Below, piece by piece: positions 27,542-41,000 of a stretch of DNA of 64,000 nucleotides. Numbering within the stretch: the first letter of the stretch is position 1; each line of letters opens with the position of its first letter. Where the stretch lies: the NCBI GenBank assembly GCA_964016885.1, contig OZ024740.1, positions 252,960,001 to 253,024,000 of the forward strand, in the 5' to 3' direction. The position numbers and the translations under genes were made by a program. Source of the stretch: Eledone cirrhosa. Lineage: Eukaryota. Below the pieces are notes generated by a model, which was given only the letters and a program-made list of their open reading frames with translations, did not search any database and had not been told where the DNA came from.

Positions 27542-30500
27542 TTAGAAAAATGTTAAAAAACAACATGCATGCATAAAAAAAGGCAAAGAAAAAGCAGAAA
27601 CAGAGAAGCAAAAAAAAAGGTGCAGCTTACACAGTCTAAATATAGACGGTACTGCAAATTTTTTGGGCCAGTGGACCCTACGACCTGAACGGGTCGTGGT
27701 CTTGTAACGTGGCGATGGTGGTGGTGTAGGGACAGGCGATGATGGTGGTTCAGGAACAGGCGTTCGCTCAACAGGCAAATACGAAGGGGTTCGTGGATCA
27801 GGAACCACAGCATCCGTGTCCAGGTGTGCCTGCTTTAGCCTGTCTATTGTAACTGTCTCCCTGGACCCTTTAATATCTAAAGTGAAATGCTTAGCCGAGC
27901 GCGCTAAGACACGGTAAGGTCCAGTGTAAGGCTGTGTGAGTGGGGGCTTCACAGAATCTTTCCTTACAAAGACATGCGTCCACGAGGCAACATCCCTCGG
28001 GACAGCAGTCTTGACAGTTTGTTTCCTAGTGTCCATTGGCGGCAAATCCTGGAAATAGGAGCGCAAACGGGACACGTAGGAAGCGTGATCTTGGGCATCA
28101 AGATCGATAGGGGCAAGCATTTGCCCGGGCAACGTCAGAGGGGCACCGTACAGTACTTCGGCCGGTGAAAATCCAAAGTCGACCTTCACCGTTGACCGAA
28201 TCCCTAATAGCACAATAGGGAGGTACTCGCTCCAACGCACCCAGTCCATTGAGGCCATTAAGGAGGCCTTCAGTTGTCGGTGAAAACGCTCCACCATACC
28301 ATTCGAAGCGGGATGGTACGCCGTAGTTTTGATGCGTTTAGCACCAATTAATTTTGACAGTTCGAGGAAAAGGCTCGACTCGAACTGCCGTCCACGGTCG
28401 GTAGTTACTGTGGATGGAACTCCATAACGAGAGATCCATCCAGACACAAAAGCACGCGCTGTTGTCTCAGCGGTGATGTTTTTCAAGGGGATGGCTTCAG
28501 GCAATCTCGAAAAACGGTCAATTATAGTCAGCAGATAAGAATAACCATCGCTGATAGGCCAAGGTCCCACTATATCAATGTGAATGTGCGAAAAACGCGC
28601 ATCTGGGTTAGTAAAGGTACCCAGGGGGGCCTTGACGTGTCAATGGACCTTTGATTTCTGGCAAGCGACGCAGGAACGGCACCAAGCAGCAATTTCACGT
28701 CTCATATTTGGCCAGAAAAATCTAGCTGATATAAGTTTAACTGTGGCAGAAGATCCTGGATGCGAGAAACTATGTAATGCCAGAAACACGGTCCGACGAT
28801 GATTCTCTGGAACGAAGGGCCTAGGCACGTCTAAAGAGACGTCGCAGAGAATTTGGCCAACTGCAGTCGACAGAGGCAAGTATTTCATCTCGCAATTCGC
28901 AAACTCAGGCGATGTAACATCCAATGACTCAAGGGGAAGCTGATCCGCAGCCAAACGAGTCAGATCTATGTCAGAGGGTGATGAGATCGCTGTCACGGGT
29001 AAGCGGGACAAAGCATCGGCCGCTGTATTCAGTGAACCCGGAATGTGTTGGATATCATTCGTATATTGCGAGATGAAATCAAGGTGCCTCGTCTCTCTGG
29101 GCGAGTATTTATCAGCCTTCGCTCTCAACGCAAAAGTCAATGGTTTATGGTCAGTGAGGATAGTAAATAGTCTACCCTCTAGCATATGTGAAAAATGTTT
29201 CACGGCTAAATAGATGGCTAAAAGCTCCCTTCCAAAGGTGCTGTAGCGCGTCTCAGCAGGTTTCATTTTTCTGGAAAAAAACTCCAGCGGTTGCTGGTAA
29301 CCATTGATGTTTTGCTGTAGCACTGCGCCCACAGCGATATCCGATGCATCAACACAAAGCGTTAGCTTTGCACCGGGTACCGGGTGAGCCAGTAAAGAAG
29401 CATTAGCCAAAGCAGTTTTGGCGTGCTGAAAATCAGCAAGTTGAGTCTCGGTTAAAGAAATGTCTGTATTCTTCTTCCGACAATTTTTTTTAATTTCTGT
29501 CAGGGAGAAAAGCAATCTTGTACAATTTGGCACGAAACGCCTATAAAAGTTGATCAGGCCTAAGAATTGGCGTAACTGACGTAGTGAGGTCGGTGGAAGC
29601 AAATCCTCTATGACCTTAACTCGCTCAGGCCGGGGTCGAATACCGTCAGCATCGATGACGTGACCCAAGAAAGTCAGTGACTCAGCACCAAAAACACATT
29701 TGGGTGCATTAATCTGCACGTTATACGCCTTCAATCGGCGGAAAAGAAGATTCAAATGGTGCGTATGTTGTTCTTGAGAAGAACTAGCAATGAGCAGGTC
29801 GTCAATATACGTATAGACGAAATCGAGGCCACGAGTAACCTCATCCATAAACCGCTGAAACGGCATGGTCAAAAACTCAAATGACCCAAATGGCGTAACT
29901 ATAGCCGTTTTTGGAATGTCATTTTTATGGATAGGAATTTGATGGTACGCACGAATTAAATCCAGTTTGGAGAATATCTTGCATCCCTGCAACGAAGACG
30001 CAAAGTCTTGCAGATGAGGGATAGGATAACGGTCTGGTTCCGTTATTGAATTTAAGCGTCGATAATCTCCAGTAGGTCTCCAATCGCCAGTCGCTTTCGG
30101 TACCATGTGTAATGGGGACGCCCACGGGCTCGTGAACGGACGAATAATCCCCAACTGCAGCATATGATCAAACTCTGATCGTGCTGCTTTGAGTTTGTCC
30201 GGAGGCAAGCGACGAGGACGAGAAAAAACGGGAGCACCAGTTGTAGTTATGAAGTGCTCCGTGGTATGAGTTGGCTCATCAACTCGAAAATTTCCCTGAG
30301 TCAGTTGCGGGAACGAGTTCAACAACGCATGGTAAGTATCGCCGGTGTTAGCAAGAAAAAAGGTCGGGCTAACCGTTGGAACTCCTGCTGCCTTGCCAAC
30401 AACAGTTAAACCAGTGATGTTATCAATTAGGCGTTTACGACGGAGGTCCACCGTCAATGAAAAATGGTGGAGAAAATCCGCGCCTAGAATCGGATACGGC

Positions 30501-30802
30501 AAGGCAGCGACAGTAAATATCCATTTAAACTCACGCCGCAGATTACGGAACTGCAAAGGTAGCGAGATTTGTCCGAAGGTTCGAATCGGCGAACAATTTG
30601 CTGCCTGCAACTCAATAGGTGACTCAGGGGGAGTCTCCTTCATACAACACACAGGCCATATTGAACAAACTGCACCTGTGTCAACCAGAAAGGCTCTACC
30701 TGATAGCAGGTCCTCAATGAAAAGGTGGCGGTTGGATGATGTTTCGCAGAGCGCACTATCCGCCGTTAGTGACTCTGGTCGTCGTTTCCCTTGTAAGCAC
30801 AA
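27542..30802 (-). pseudogene. pol: Gypsy-1 pol (PR-RT-RNase H-IN), frameshift near 28640
   Basis: [43 protein letters not shown]. Confidence 0.93.
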
Positions 30803-31543
30803 GGAGGCCTACAACGAGCGGCTTTGTCACCATATTTGTCATGGTAATAACAATATGTTGGATTTGATGTTTTGGAAAGGCTACGGTGGCGAGGAGTTGA
30901 ATAATATCGTGACGGCTCCTCTGCCGTCCAAAAGACCTGAGTTCCTGGCACAACTCCGCCATTTGACGAGTCATGGCTTCCATTGTTTTGACTGACTTCT
31001 CATCACTCGCTGATGAGCGTGATTGAGGAAGAGAAGAGGAAGCAACGTACTTTTGCTTCGAAGTGTCTCTCTTCGTCACCTCTACTATTTTGTCGGCAGA
31101 GACAGCAATGTGGTCGAGTGTGTTTTCTTCTAGCATATGGGCTAGGATCGCCTGTACCTCTTGAGGTAGGCGAGAGAAGAACAATTGCTTCAGGAAAGGG
31201 CTATCCTGATCCTGGGAATCACTCAATTCCCGCAAATGCCGGAGAAAAGCGGTAGGGGTTCTGTCACCTAGTCGTTCGTCCTCGATCAATGACCGAAAAC
31301 GACTCTCTACCGATTTACAGTTCCTTTTCAAGATCTCGCCTTTTAACGAATTATACGTTAAGTCAGAGGGGGGGGGTCTGTAATTAGGTCTTGGACCGAA
31401 TCTGTTAAATTAGGGGGAAATCCGCTAATCAAGACAGCGAGGCGCTGGTCAGACTCGTTCTTACAGACCGTAAAATACGCCTGTATCTGGGCGAACCACA
31501 GCTTAGGGTTTCCGTGAAAGGCGGGCAAATGTGGCGTATTCAT
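30756..31543 (-). pseudogene. gag: Gypsy-1 gag (frameshifted)
   Basis: [41 protein letters not shown]. Confidence 0.85.
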
Positions 31544-32660
31544 TGTGAAACGACTTTAAAAAAAATAGAAACAGCAATTAATGTTCCCTCGTACAGGGAA
31601 AAGTACACATCCAAAATGGAAAAAAAAATCAAAGGTCAAAAAGAAACAGACATTCAAAACATTAGGAAATAGCAAAAATACATAAAGTACATATATATAT
31701 ATATTTTTTTTTTAAATGTTTTTTCTTCAACGTCTGTCCCCTTGTGTTGCTTCAACGGGCAAGCCAAATTATATAACCCGAGAAAAAGAGAAAAAAAAAA
31801 TTTTTGTTTTAGAATATATCCACGTTGGATATCAACAATAGGTAGCCTGTGGCTAAAAATCCCTTAGAAAAAAAGTAAGGCATGTGTATCCCCTGCGAGG
31901 CAGTAATGTTCACAAAAACAGTTTTTCTCTTGATCAAATATGGAACACACACACGTAATTCAAAATGTCCCTGTCCTGGCGGAAAATTGCAAAACGGAGA
32001 AGGAAAACATTTTTGGCTGGTTTGTATACCTTGTCAATACTATATAAACACTTTATTATTTCTCTGTCTTTTTTTTTTTTGTATTTTTGTAAGTTGCGAA
32101 AAGGTTGGCAACGTGGTAATAACAGTGAAATATTTAAGTTCAAATGAATAAAAAGGCTGCGTAAAATTCTTTAGTCGGGGTTACCAGTGTGGTGATGAAT
32201 GAATCCTAGTTGGATTGTTTATCAATATAGACGTGAGGGAAAGTCCCTCGTCTATTTACAATTTTTGTAAGTGAGCGGATAGGTACTCCATAGAATTATA
32301 ACAAGTGAGTGGGTGTGTGCGTAGACAAGACAATAACCACAACGAGAGTTATATTCAACAATGTAAATAATGGTGATGTTTATTTTGTCTATCATGTGTT
32401 TATTATATTACAAATGAACCAACATACCAATATAGACGTGATCTAGTTGTAGTGAAGGCAACGTATTACAATTACAAAGGCCGTGTGCTGTTTGCTGTCT
32501 CCGTGGCTTGTCTGTTGTTTCGTGGTACAGAGGCCGTCTGCTGTTTGCTGTCTGCTGTTCCCGTGGCTGTCTGCTGCTTACTTAAAAGGTGTTCTCAACC
32601 AGAGGGAGACAACTAGGCCTGGTCCATTATCCGACAGGGGGCGTAAGGCGTCTTACTACA

Positions 32661-33243
32661 GCCCATTACGTGCACTGCGGCATTCATATTTCTCAACTTA
32701 TTATAACTAAGTCTGTACAACAAGCTTCACTTAGCAAAAATGTTCTAGGTTACGTGAATGAATTGCGGAAACTATATAGTACATCAGGGAAATTTAAGCA
32801 AGCGTATTTATCACAACATGATGAAGAAAATGAAGTATCGTCACCACGCTCCTTAACACCTGTGTGCCCTACTCGATGGCTAACATGACTTTCTGCAGTC
32901 AAAGCCCTTCTTGACAATTATTCAGATGTCCCTATTTCTTTATAAGAGGCAACAAATGAGTTTGGCACCAATATTGCATCCAGACCTAATGTTATTCTTA
33001 CGTGTCACTCTCCGGGCCAATGTGTTCTTGGATTGCACGTTGTAGTTTCATTACTTCAATTCCTTGAAGGATTGAACAAATCTTTTCAAAGTACCACCTT
33101 CAATCTAGGTAGCATGTTGCATAGTGTCAAACTGGTGCAGGAGGAGCTAAAAAAATCATCTACGCAGTGAATAAAAATTTCAGGAGCTGTTCAATACAAC
33201 AGAAAAAATGATTTATCAACTCGTTATTTCTCCTTTGGAGCTT
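32661..33243 (+). pseudogene. hAT transposase fragment (ZMYM1-like type)
   Basis: YVHCGIHISQLI...VCPTRWLT*..LNKSFQS. Confidence 0.75.
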
Positions 33244-34940
33244 TGGCAGCATAGTGTATAAATGTTATTGAGACACGAGTAACATAATAATTGTTTCTAC
33301 TTTAGGCACAAGGCCAGCAACTACCCAGTGCCTCACTGGTACTTTATTTTATCGACCCCGTAAGGATGAAAGGCAAAGTCAACCTCGGCGGGATTTGAAC
33401 TCAGATCGTAAAGGGACGTAACTATGCTAGAAAGCATGGCGTCTGACCCTCTACCGATACTACCAATCCAATAATGATGTCAACAGCAGAAATTAGAGAT
33501 GAAATGTATGTTTATTTTTGTTGTAGCACAAATAATGTTTGTTAACTTGTAAGGTTGACGTTACACATAAAATGAGGTTACAAAAGGGAATGTGCCATTG
33601 TGCCAGGCCCAAGGAAGGCCGGCAGGTCAAAGTGCAAAATCTCACCGTCACACGTTGTACGTGTTGCTGGTTCGAAGTTCAGGGTGCGAGAGAGAGATTC
33701 TTCAAATCTTCGCGGGGAATTTCTCCCCCAGGGTGCGTAGGGATACATCCTCTTCTACTGGCGCTGATTGGCTGAGCTGAGCCAAATTACGCACAGAGAA
33801 TGTATGTGAGCCCGCGGAATGTAGGTCACTACAATACTTCCCCCCTAGACGTAAGACGATACAGATTATTGAATCAGCAGGAAAAAATGCTGAAAGAGCA
33901 CATCAGTGAAAAAATAATTGAGTAGAAGGATGCATGCAAGCAAAAAAAATGAGGCGCTAAGTGCCGTGTTGAGCCGCTGTGTCAAATGACTAGCTGTTTT
34001 GTAGTTTATACGTGACCACCAAAGGTCTAACAGAAAACGGATAAAGTCTGACATGGGCGAAGTTGCTGTTCTTGCATTAAATGTTAATGGTAAGTGTTGT
34101 ACCAGTAGCTGTGGATGAAGCTATTATGGTAGTTTACCAGTGCTGGCAAGAAGATGATGGGTAGGCGAGAAAATGTCGGCCTCCCAGATGTATTGCCGAA
34201 AGTGCTAGGCAGCCAGGAAAAAATGGCTGGTTGCTTTGAAAAGAAAAAAGCAAGTTGAATCTGTAGGTGGGTAGTAGTTGCAGTGTAAATTCCATAATTC
34301 CGGCGAATCCACAGAAGTGGTGGAAATGCTGACAAGTCCAGTTCTATTTGTTGTTTTCCCAGTGAGTCGGGTAAGGTAACAAGATGGAGGTTGTTATGGA
34401 CGATGAGTGTGCAACGAGATGGGAAACTGTTTGAGTTCAGCTGCAATTAGCATTCTCGTGTTGCGGTGCCTGTTTGAATCCAGGTGAATTAAGATCTATG
34501 AGTCGCTAGCATGTGACGGAACCTCAACCAGGTGAAAAGGGATCTCGCAGAATACTACGTTTGAAGAACATATACTAAGAACAACAACATGTTGATCAGC
34601 GCCAGTAGAAGAGGATGTATCCCTACGCGCCCTGAGGGAGAAATTCCCCGCGAAGATTTGAAGAATCTCTCTCTCGCACCCTGAACTTCGAACCAGCAAC
34701 ACGTACAACATGTGACAGTGAGATTTTGCACTTTGGCCTGCCGGCCTTCCTTGGGCCTGGCACAATGGCACATTCCCTTTTGTAACCTCATTTTATGTGT
34801 AACTTCAACCATACAAGTTAACAAACATTATTTGTGCTACAACAAAAATAAACATACATTTCATCTCTAATTTCTGCTGTTGACATCATTATTATGTTAC
34901 TCGTGTCTCAATAACATTTATATACTATGCTGCTAAAACA
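33244..34940 (-). mobile_element. Internally deleted Gypsy-type element with an inverted partial LTR
   Basis: Minus-strand PPT gggggaagtat then tgtagtgacc LTR (33833 to 33244). Gag-like FPP..DSPELW near 34290-34330. Second LTR copy at 34595-34940 is in the opposite orientation. Confidence 0.65.
33289..33470 (-). mobile_element. S1 SINE inserted in an LTR
   Basis: Absent from the homologous arm at about 34885. Flanked by aataat. Confidence 0.9.
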
Positions 34941-35106
34941 GTATTTGTGTTTTTCATCGCAGTTTTGTTTATTACAAAGTGTTATCCCAGAACATTACTT
35001 GAAACTTTATCATACTGGAACAGGACTCATTATAGTAAGTTCCTTATACATAATTTTATAGGCTTATATAGGTAAATCTTTACCAAACACATTCGCTAAA
35101 CAGAAA

Positions 35107-35517
35107 ATGGCCTCAGCAATGAAGAAAAAATGCAGGCAGTACAGCGTTGATTACTTACGGTTCGGGTTCATCCCATCGCGTCGAACCACCTGTCACCCAT
35201 GTGTTTAATTTGCAAGGAGTCCTTTTCGAATGAGGCGATGAAGTCATCGCGTTTGAGTAGACACCTGGAGGTGAGGCACCCCGATAAAAGATATAAATAT
35301 TTAGCATACTTTCAGTCTCTTAGGGACCAATTCTAGAAAACAACATTAATTTCTTCTGCCTTTTCAAAAGTTGAAGCTTCAAATGTTGATGGACTTGTCG
35401 CATCTTACAATATTGCCAACATAATCGCAAAGTGTGGCAAGCCCCATTCCTTGGGTGAAACATTGGTAGCCCCTGTCATCTCAGAAGTTCTTTCAACAGT
35501 ACTACGTCAGAACCCGT
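35107..35517 (+). pseudogene. hAT Charlie/Buster-type transposase N-terminus (BED finger)
   Basis: KKKCRQYSVDYLRFGF..PMCLICKESFSNEAMKSSRL.RHLEVRH..ASYNIA.IIAKCGKPHSLGETLV.P. Confidence 0.85.
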
Positions 35518-35934
35518 TATTCAATAAAACCATCCCGTTTTCCCCCTATAGTAGACATAACCCGAGAAAACACACCATAAGTCGGATAAACAATCAGAAG
35601 TGTTGGCCCTAAAGAGGGCTTTGACGCGTTCACTGTTGCAAGGTGTCAATAATGGGGGAGAAGTTACATCTTCTTGATTCGTGTTAATCTTCCCACAATC
35701 TGACACCTCGAAATATCGACAAAATAAACTCTACTCTCAAAGATGGCATGTTACAATTAACATGCCAGGAGTACGAATATTCGTTACCATGAGATTGGTT
35801 TTTCGGACTAATCTCATGGTAAACCAACTTCCAGGTCATTGATCATCACTTTTTTGTAACTTATCACCGATTCCTGCAGTTTACCTTAATGCCACCTAAG
35901 CATGTGCACTTGTTCAGAATCCATATCAGTGGAT

Positions 35935-36091
<157 letters not shown>

Positions 36092-36099
36092 CATCTGTT

Positions 36100-36478
36100 C
36101 CGTCAACCAAAATTAGATTGTCGTCTGCTCTGTTTGAAATTTCTCTATGTATATTTCTAATAAGTTGTTACCTCGTTTTGGAGGACTGAGTTGTGGGAGG
36201 AGGAAGGGGAGTAATAGGGGGGGGGGGGTAACATACAGTAGTAGTATCTTCTCTTCCCCCTCTCTCACTGAAACGTCTTCTCTTTCCTCTTCTATTGTAA
36301 AGATGTCCCCAGGGGTTCCATTATTCAATTTTTATTGAAATCCAATTAGCTACTCCTGTTTCTGAATATGAGCTTAATATGTGTGTAAAGTTTCATCAGG
36401 ATCAGATCACTGGTGTAGGCACCAACTGGTTATACACAGATACATAAACAGACAGAAATTGCCATTTATATAGTAGAT
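36100..36478 (-). mobile_element. Helitron-type 5' fragment
   Basis: Minus strand TCtactatataaatggcaatttctgtctg..gatgaaactttacaca. Confidence 0.5.
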
Positions 36479-36482
36479 ATAT

Positions 36483-37232
36483 ATTAGAGAGTGAACAACA
36501 CAATATATAACTACTCCATTACCAAATGTTTCGGGACCCTAGACAATATTAATATATGTCTAGATTGTTCAAGGTAAAAGCAAAGGAAAGGAAAAAGTCA
36601 ATAAGGTGTAAAATAAAATAGGTGTAAAATAAAATAAGGGTGTAATATAAAATAAGTGTTGAATGTGTGATAAAGATCCAAGGTGTTTAAAGTAAGAGAG
36701 GGTGTTCGTGGTTAAAATAAGAGAGAGTCTTCAAGGTAAAAGTAAAGTAATGAAGAAGTCAATAAGTGAATAATATAGGTGTAAAATAAAATAAGGGTGT
36801 AATATAAAATAAGTGTTGAATGTGTGATAAAGATCCAAAGTGTTTAAAGTAAGAGAGGGTGTTCGTGGTTAAAATAAGAGAGAGTCTTCAACGTAAAAGT
36901 AAAGTAATGAAGAAGTCAATAAGTGAATAGTATAGGTGTAATATAAAATAATGACGTAATATAAAATAAATGTAGAATGTGTGATAAAGGTCCAGGGTGT
37001 TTAAAGTAAGAGAGAGTGTCCAAAATGGTATTATGATGCCGAGAAAGGAGATGAGTTCATATATGTGATCAAATTTTAAAAATTTCAGAATTAGAGTTAA
37101 GACAGGTGTTGGGAGATTTCAGATTTTGTAGAATCCTGTATTTTTATGTTACACACAAGGTACAGCTTGTGCCTTTTACATATTCTTTTGATTGGTCTAA
37201 AATAGACCAATCAATTTAATATGGGATCCCAC
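36483..37232 (-). mobile_element. PLE 3' fragment: GIY-YIG C-terminus, about 160-bp tandem repeats, degenerate hammerhead
   Basis: Minus strand IDWSILDQSKEY..CTLCVT*KYRIL..CLNSNSEIF. About 2.8 repeat units at 36568-37020. Motif ttacc..GAAA-cat-TT-ggtaa. A homolog lies at 46318-46415 (+). Confidence 0.65.
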
Positions 37233-37375
37233 GCTCTTTTTTATATATGTATATATTTATTGTGTGTCCTTTTCTTCCCTCTTTCTATATTTTTGTATGT
37301 CTATCTGTATAAGTGTTTATATGTATGTGTATGTGTGTATATATATGTGTGTATGTGTATATGTATGTATATATG

Positions 37376-37424
<49 letters not shown>

Positions 37425-37795
37425 GTATATATATATTTGTATGTATACTTGTGTGTATATATGCGTGTATGTGCATATATGCGTGCATCCGTATGTTTAT
37501 ATTTTCACTGGACGCACACGCGTATCTATCTGTATGTAGGTTTGCGTAGGTGATTGTGTTTATGTATAAGTTTATCTTTGTGTGTGTGACTCCTTGTATC
37601 GTTTTGTCCGACCGTTTATTTATATTTTTATTTTTCCCTATGTATTTGCGTATGTATATGTTTGCAGATTAGTGTGTTTATACGCTTGTGTCTATTCCAT
37701 GTATATATATATATATGTGTGTGCACGCGTATTTGTTATATTTATATATGTATATTTATATACGTTTTTATTTATGAGTTCGCAGTCTTACCGTA

Positions 37796-37857
<62 letters not shown>

Positions 37858-37909
37858 GATATATGGAAGATATTTTTTCCGCCCCCTCAATCTATCTTAT
37901 TTCTCATTC

Positions 37910-37945
37910 TTTCTTCTGGTGAAGGACTAGCGTCCGAAACGTTAA
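37910..37945 (+). ncRNA. Hammerhead-like motif of PLE type
   Basis: CTGGTGA-a-ggac(tagc)gtcc-GAAA-cg-TT. Stem I is not evident. Confidence 0.4.
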
Positions 37946-38040
37946 TACCATCTTCCTGCTATATCAAGCGTTAACCTAATATATCCCTTCCATATACTGT
38001 ACCGATTGTGTTGTTATGTGTTACATACATATATATATAT

Positions 38041-41000
38041 GACCAAGCATAGATGAGTTGAGAGAGAAATTGGGTATAAGAGGAATAAGTTGTGATGTGC
38101 AGGAGAGAAGACTGAGATGGTATGGACATGTGATGCGCATGGAGGATGACCGCTGGGTAAAGAAGTGCCAAGAAATCCCAGTAGAAGGAAGATGCAGTAG
38201 AGGAAGACCATGTAGTGACCCCTAGCGGTGAAATCCAGAAGTAATGAGAGTTACGTCCCCATAGGGACTATATATTGAGACAGCGAGAGACCTCTTTCTC
38301 TCTCTTACACGGCCAGCCGTCCGCGAATCAAGATGCAACTCTGCCTTCTCCGACTTTTAGTTCACCTACTCCAGTGAACATGTTAAGAGCAACTCTCTCA
38401 CTACTATGGTCGCAGACTACTAACAGCCTCATGAACCAACTACACAAGTAACATTAACAACCTTCGTAACTCATTGGTAATATGTTTATTGTTCTATTTT
38501 GACTTCAATGAAGTAAACCTTTGTATATAAACCAAAAAGCCAGTCTTGTACTTTCAACAACAACTGTGATAATAATATCTGTACTAATACCATTCTGTAC
38601 TAATACCATTCTTCTAAAGTGGTAACCCAGCTGTGGGAACTAATTGTTCCTTTTAAAAGAAAAATTTGAAAAAAAAAATACGAAGTGGTATTATAAAAAA
38701 AAATTAATAGAAAACAACACACTTTTTTATTCTGATATGGCTTCATTTACCGATCACATAAGGAAGAGAAAACTGAACTTTTTGTTAAGAACAATTATGT
38801 AAATATTTTTAAATGGATTTTTACGGACGCTGACTTGCCATACCCAATCTTAGGAGCGGATTTCCTCCACAATTTCTCCTTGACTGTGGATGTCCGAGGC
38901 CAACGTCTGGTGGATGACATCACTGGTTTCTCAATTCGTGGCCGAAAAGCCAATGCTCCAACGATCAGCCCAATATTCTTCATCGCTGCCGCTGGAGACG
39001 CCTACCATTCGTTGTTAGGAGCTCACCGATGGAAATTTTCGAGTTACTGAGCCAACTCACTCAACCAAACATTTTATTTCCACAACCGGTGCTCCAGTAT
39101 TTTCACGTCCACGTCGTTTACCGGCGGACAAGTTAAAGGCAGCACGGTCGGAGTTCGACTATATGCTGCAGCTGGGCATTATTCGTCCATCTACGAGTCC
39201 TTGGGCTTCACCATTACATATTGTGCCCAAGACTTCTGGCGACTGGAGACCCACTGGGGATTATAGGAGGTGAAACGCGATGACCGTCCCGGATAAATAT
39301 CCGATTTCCGACCTCCAGGATTTCGCATCCTCGTTGCAAGGTTGTAAGATTTTCTCCAAACTTGATTTAGTGCGAGCTTACCAACAAATTCCGGTCAGGA
39401 AGGAAAAATTTCTGGAAACAGCTATTACGACTTCTTACGACTCCTTTTAACTATGCCTTTTGGACTCAGGAATGCCGCTAGCACTTTTCAGCGGTTCATA
39501 GACGAGGTCACTCGTGGTCTGGACTTCGTTTATGCATATATAGATGATCTTCTCGTCGTTAGTTCCTCTCCAGAAGAGCATATGCGTCACCTGAACCTTT
39601 TATTTCGCCAACTCTAGGATTACCGCGTTCGAGTGATTCCCGCAAAGTGTGTTTTCGGATCCGCTTCACTGAATTTTTTAGGTCACATCATCGACGCCGA
39701 GGGTATTCGACCCCTTTGGCAGCGAGTTAAGGCTATACAGGATTTACCTCCGCCTACTACACTTTACCAGTTGCGTCACTTCCTAGGCCTAATCAATTTG
39801 TATAGACGTTTCGTTCCTCAATGTGCAAAATTACTGTTTTCCCTTACCAAGATTTTGAAAAATCGTCGTAAGAATGAGGATATTTCCTTGACACAAGAAC
39901 AACTCGAAGATTTCCAGACTGCCAAGACAGCACTTGCTAATTCATCTTTGCTAGCCCACCCAGTACCAGAGGCCAAGCTTTCGCTTTGTGTCGATGCATC
40001 TGATACCGCTGTGGGAGCAGTTTTACAACAGTATAACGCTGAAAACCAATAACCTTTGGTATTTTTCTCCAGGAAGCTGAAACCAGCAGAAACTCGTTAC
40101 AGCACGTTTGGTCGGGAGTTATTAGCCATATATTTGTCGGTGAAACATTTTTCTCATATTCTTGAGGGGGAGAAATTTTACGGTTTTCACTGACCACAAA
40201 CCTCTGAACTTCGCTTTGAGGGCTACAAATATTCGCCCAGAGAGACAAGGCACCTCGATTACATTTCGCAGCTTACCAATGATATACAGCTGCAGAAGCC
40301 TTGTCACGATTGCCAATCAGCTCGATTTCGTCATCCCAGGAGCTAGATTTAAGTCGTTTGGCAGCAGACCAACCTGCACTCGCATTGTTGGATACTTCAT
40401 CAGCCGAATTTGCGACTTGCAACCTGAAATATCTGCCCCCGTCGACTACCGACAGGCAGATTCTCTGCGATGTATCTACGGATTCACCACGACCTTATAT
40501 TCCCGAGACTCGCCGTCGAATTGTGTTCCTTGCTTTGCACAGCATTTCTCACCCAGGATCTTCAGCCACAGTAAAGCTCATAACGGCTAGATTTTTCTGG
40601 CCAAATATGAGGCGAGAAATTACTGCCTGGTGCCGTTCCTGCATACAGTGTCAAAAATCTAAAGTCCGCAGACACATCCGGACTCCACTTGGTACTTTCA
40701 GTACTCCGATGCTCGTTTTCAACACATCGACATCGATATCGTTGGACCTTGGCCATTCACTAGTGGATATCCTTACCTTTTGACCTGCATTGATCGTTTT
40801 TCGCGATAGCCTGAAGTCATCCCCTTAAAGGACATTACCACCGAGATGATAGTGCGTGCCCTGGTGTCAGGGTGGATTGCTTGCTATGGCGTGCCAACCA
40901 CAATTACCACAGACCGTGGTAGGCAATTTGAATCTCATCTTTTCTCAGAGCTGACAAAAATTATTGGCGTTCAACGCATTCGGACCACATCTTATCATCC

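Larger units (their letters stand above)
26944..32660 (-). mobile_element. Full-length Ty3/Gypsy LTR retrotransposon (Gypsy-1)
   Basis: 473-bp LTRs (26944-27416, 32188-32660) with TG..CA ends and about 9 substitutions by eye. TSD gccc. PBS tggtaaccccgac (32174-32186, tRNA-Trp-like). PPT next to 27417. Confidence 0.97.

Noticed and set aside
30345-30995. 216-aa plus-strand ORF
   Set aside because: It is the antisense shadow of Gypsy gag-pol with no recognisable motif.
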